38,243 nt of DNA from a virus. Taxonomy: Duplodnaviria; Heunggongvirae; Uroviricota; Caudoviricetes. How positions within the stretch are numbered: position 1 is the stretch's first letter; each line of letters opens with the position of its first letter. Position numbers and translations under genes: made by a program. Shown one piece after another: positions 37,193-38,243 of the stretch. The DNA lies in the IMG/VR virus record IMGVR_UViG_2721755660_000008, positions 1-38,243 of that record. One strand, given 5' to 3'. The notes under the pieces were generated by a model, which was not told the origin of the DNA, searched no databases, and saw only the letters and a program-made list of their open reading frames with translations.

Positions 37193-38243
37193 GCGCCGGG
37201 ATTTACCCCCTAACCTTTATATAAGAAACAATGGATATTACTGCTACAGGGACCCAAGGACGGGTAAAGAGTTCGGATTAGGCAGAGACAGAAGGATAGC
37301 AGTTTCAGAGGCTATTCAGGCCAATATTGAGTTGCTTTCCGAGAACAGGCGTGAGTCACTGATAGACAGAATTAAAGGCGCTGACGCAATCACTCTTCAT
37401 GCGTGGCTTGACCGATATGAAACAATCCTCAGCGAGAGGGGTATCAGACCGAAAACTCTACTCGACTACGCCAGCAAAATCAGGGCAATCCGAAGAAAAT
37501 TGCCGGACAAACCGCTCACTGACATATCAACGAAAGAAGTGGCAGCAATGCTAAACACCTACGTAGCAGAAGGTAAAGCAGCTTCCGCAAAATTAATCAG
37601 GTCAACCCTTGTTGACGTTTTTCGTGAGGCAATAGCCGAGGGGCATGTGGAAACGAATCCGGTAACAGCAACCCGCACAGCAAAGTCAGAAGTAAGGCGC
37701 TCAAGGCTGACAGCTAATGAATATGTCGCGATTTACCATGCAGCCGAACCTCTCCCAACTTGGCTGAGGCTGGCAATGGATTTGGCTGTCGTTACAGGGC
37801 AGAGAGTCGGCGATTTGTGCAGAATGAAATGGTCAGACATAAACGACAACCATCTTCACATTGAACAGAGCAAAACAGGGGCTAAACTCGCCATTCCGCT
37901 GACGCTAACGATTGACGCGCTCAATATCTCATTGGCTGATACACTACAGAAATGCAGGGAGGCCAGCAGCAGTGAAACTATAATCGCATCAAAGCATCAC
38001 GATCCGCTTTCCCCGAAAACAGTATCGAAGTATTTTACAAAGGCGAGAAATGCATCTGGACTCTCATTTGATGGAAACCCGCCAACATTCCATGAACTGC
38101 GTAGCCTGTCAGCTAGGCTATACCGGAACCAGATTGGCGATAAGTTTGCTCAACGTCTTCTCGGGCATAAATCAGATTCAATGGCGGCACGGTACAGGGA
38201 CAGCCGTGGACGGGAATGGGACAAAATTGAAATCGACAAATGA
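37170..38243 (+). CDS. int: Tyrosine integrase (lambda Int-type)
   Basis: 357 aa MGRRRSHERRDLPPNLYIRNNGYYCYRDPRTGKEFGLGRDRR...; C-terminal catalytic region HELRSLSARLY...LLGHKSDSMAARYRDSRGREWDKIEI; overlaps xis. Confidence 0.95.
   Translation: MGRRRSHERRDLPPNLYIRNNGYYCYRDPRTGKEFGLGRDRRIAVSEAIQANIELLSENRRESLIDRIKGADAITLHAWLDRYETILSERGIRPKTLLDYASKIRAIRRKLPDKPLTDISTKEVAAMLNTYVAEGKAASAKLIRSTLVDVFREAIAEGHVETNPVTATRTAKSEVRRSRLTANEYVAIYHAAEPLPTWLRLAMDLAVVTGQRVGDLCRMKWSDINDNHLHIEQSKTGAKLAIPLTLTIDALNISLADTLQKCREASSSETIIASKHHDPLSPKTVSKYFTKARNASGLSFDGNPPTFHELRSLSARLYRNQIGDKFAQRLLGHKSDSMAARYRDSRGREWDKIEIDK

Larger units (their letters stand above)
1..38243. mobile_element. Near-complete lambdoid prophage, P22/Sf6-like podovirus structural module with lambda-type int/xis, Q, lysis and nin modules
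   Basis: Contiguous phage gene order from tailspike (window start) to integrase (window end); window edges coincide with stop codons of the two terminal genes; att sites not in window. Confidence 0.85.

Overview
The window is an almost complete lambdoid prophage (~38 kb) of the P22/Sf6-like podovirus type; it starts exactly at the stop codon of the tailspike gene (minus strand) and ends exactly at the stop codon of a lambda-type integrase (plus strand). All calls are from reading the sequence and from recalled protein families; no database search was run, and non-ORF coordinates are approximate (+/- a few bp). Minus strand, high to low coordinate: cro, cII, O-like replication initiator with an iteron origin, DnaB-like helicase, nin region (ninB, MT-A70 methyltransferase, ninD/ninE/ninF-like, YbcO, RusA, ninH), Q, pR'/tR', lysis cassette S-R-Rz/Rz1, small and large terminase, portal, scaffold, coat, gp4/gp10/gp26/gp14 homologues, ejection proteins gp7/gp20/gp16, an accessory island, an arc-ant immI-like module and the tailspike. 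Plus strand: an Mnt-like repressor operon, cI with a downstream membrane-protein gene, PL/nutL and a P22 gp24-like antiterminator, accessory genes, cIII, kil, a Rad52-like annealing protein, SSB, ea-region genes, xis and int. The best candidates for undescribed accessory functions are three islands of AT-rich genes at classic moron positions: (1) 3481-5057, a secreted protein co-transcribed with the Mnt-like repressor plus a lipoprotein and an 85-aa Cys-rich protein; (2) 29748-30044, a membrane protein translationally linked to cI in the rex slot; (3) 30794-32030, a PL-proximal gene, an oppositely oriented 84-aa gene, 14-bp direct repeats and a 2-TM membrane protein with its own terminator. 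A probable Sar-like antisense RNA over the ant start, a frame-disrupted Ea22-like gene and an SSB with a C-terminal extension are also reported.
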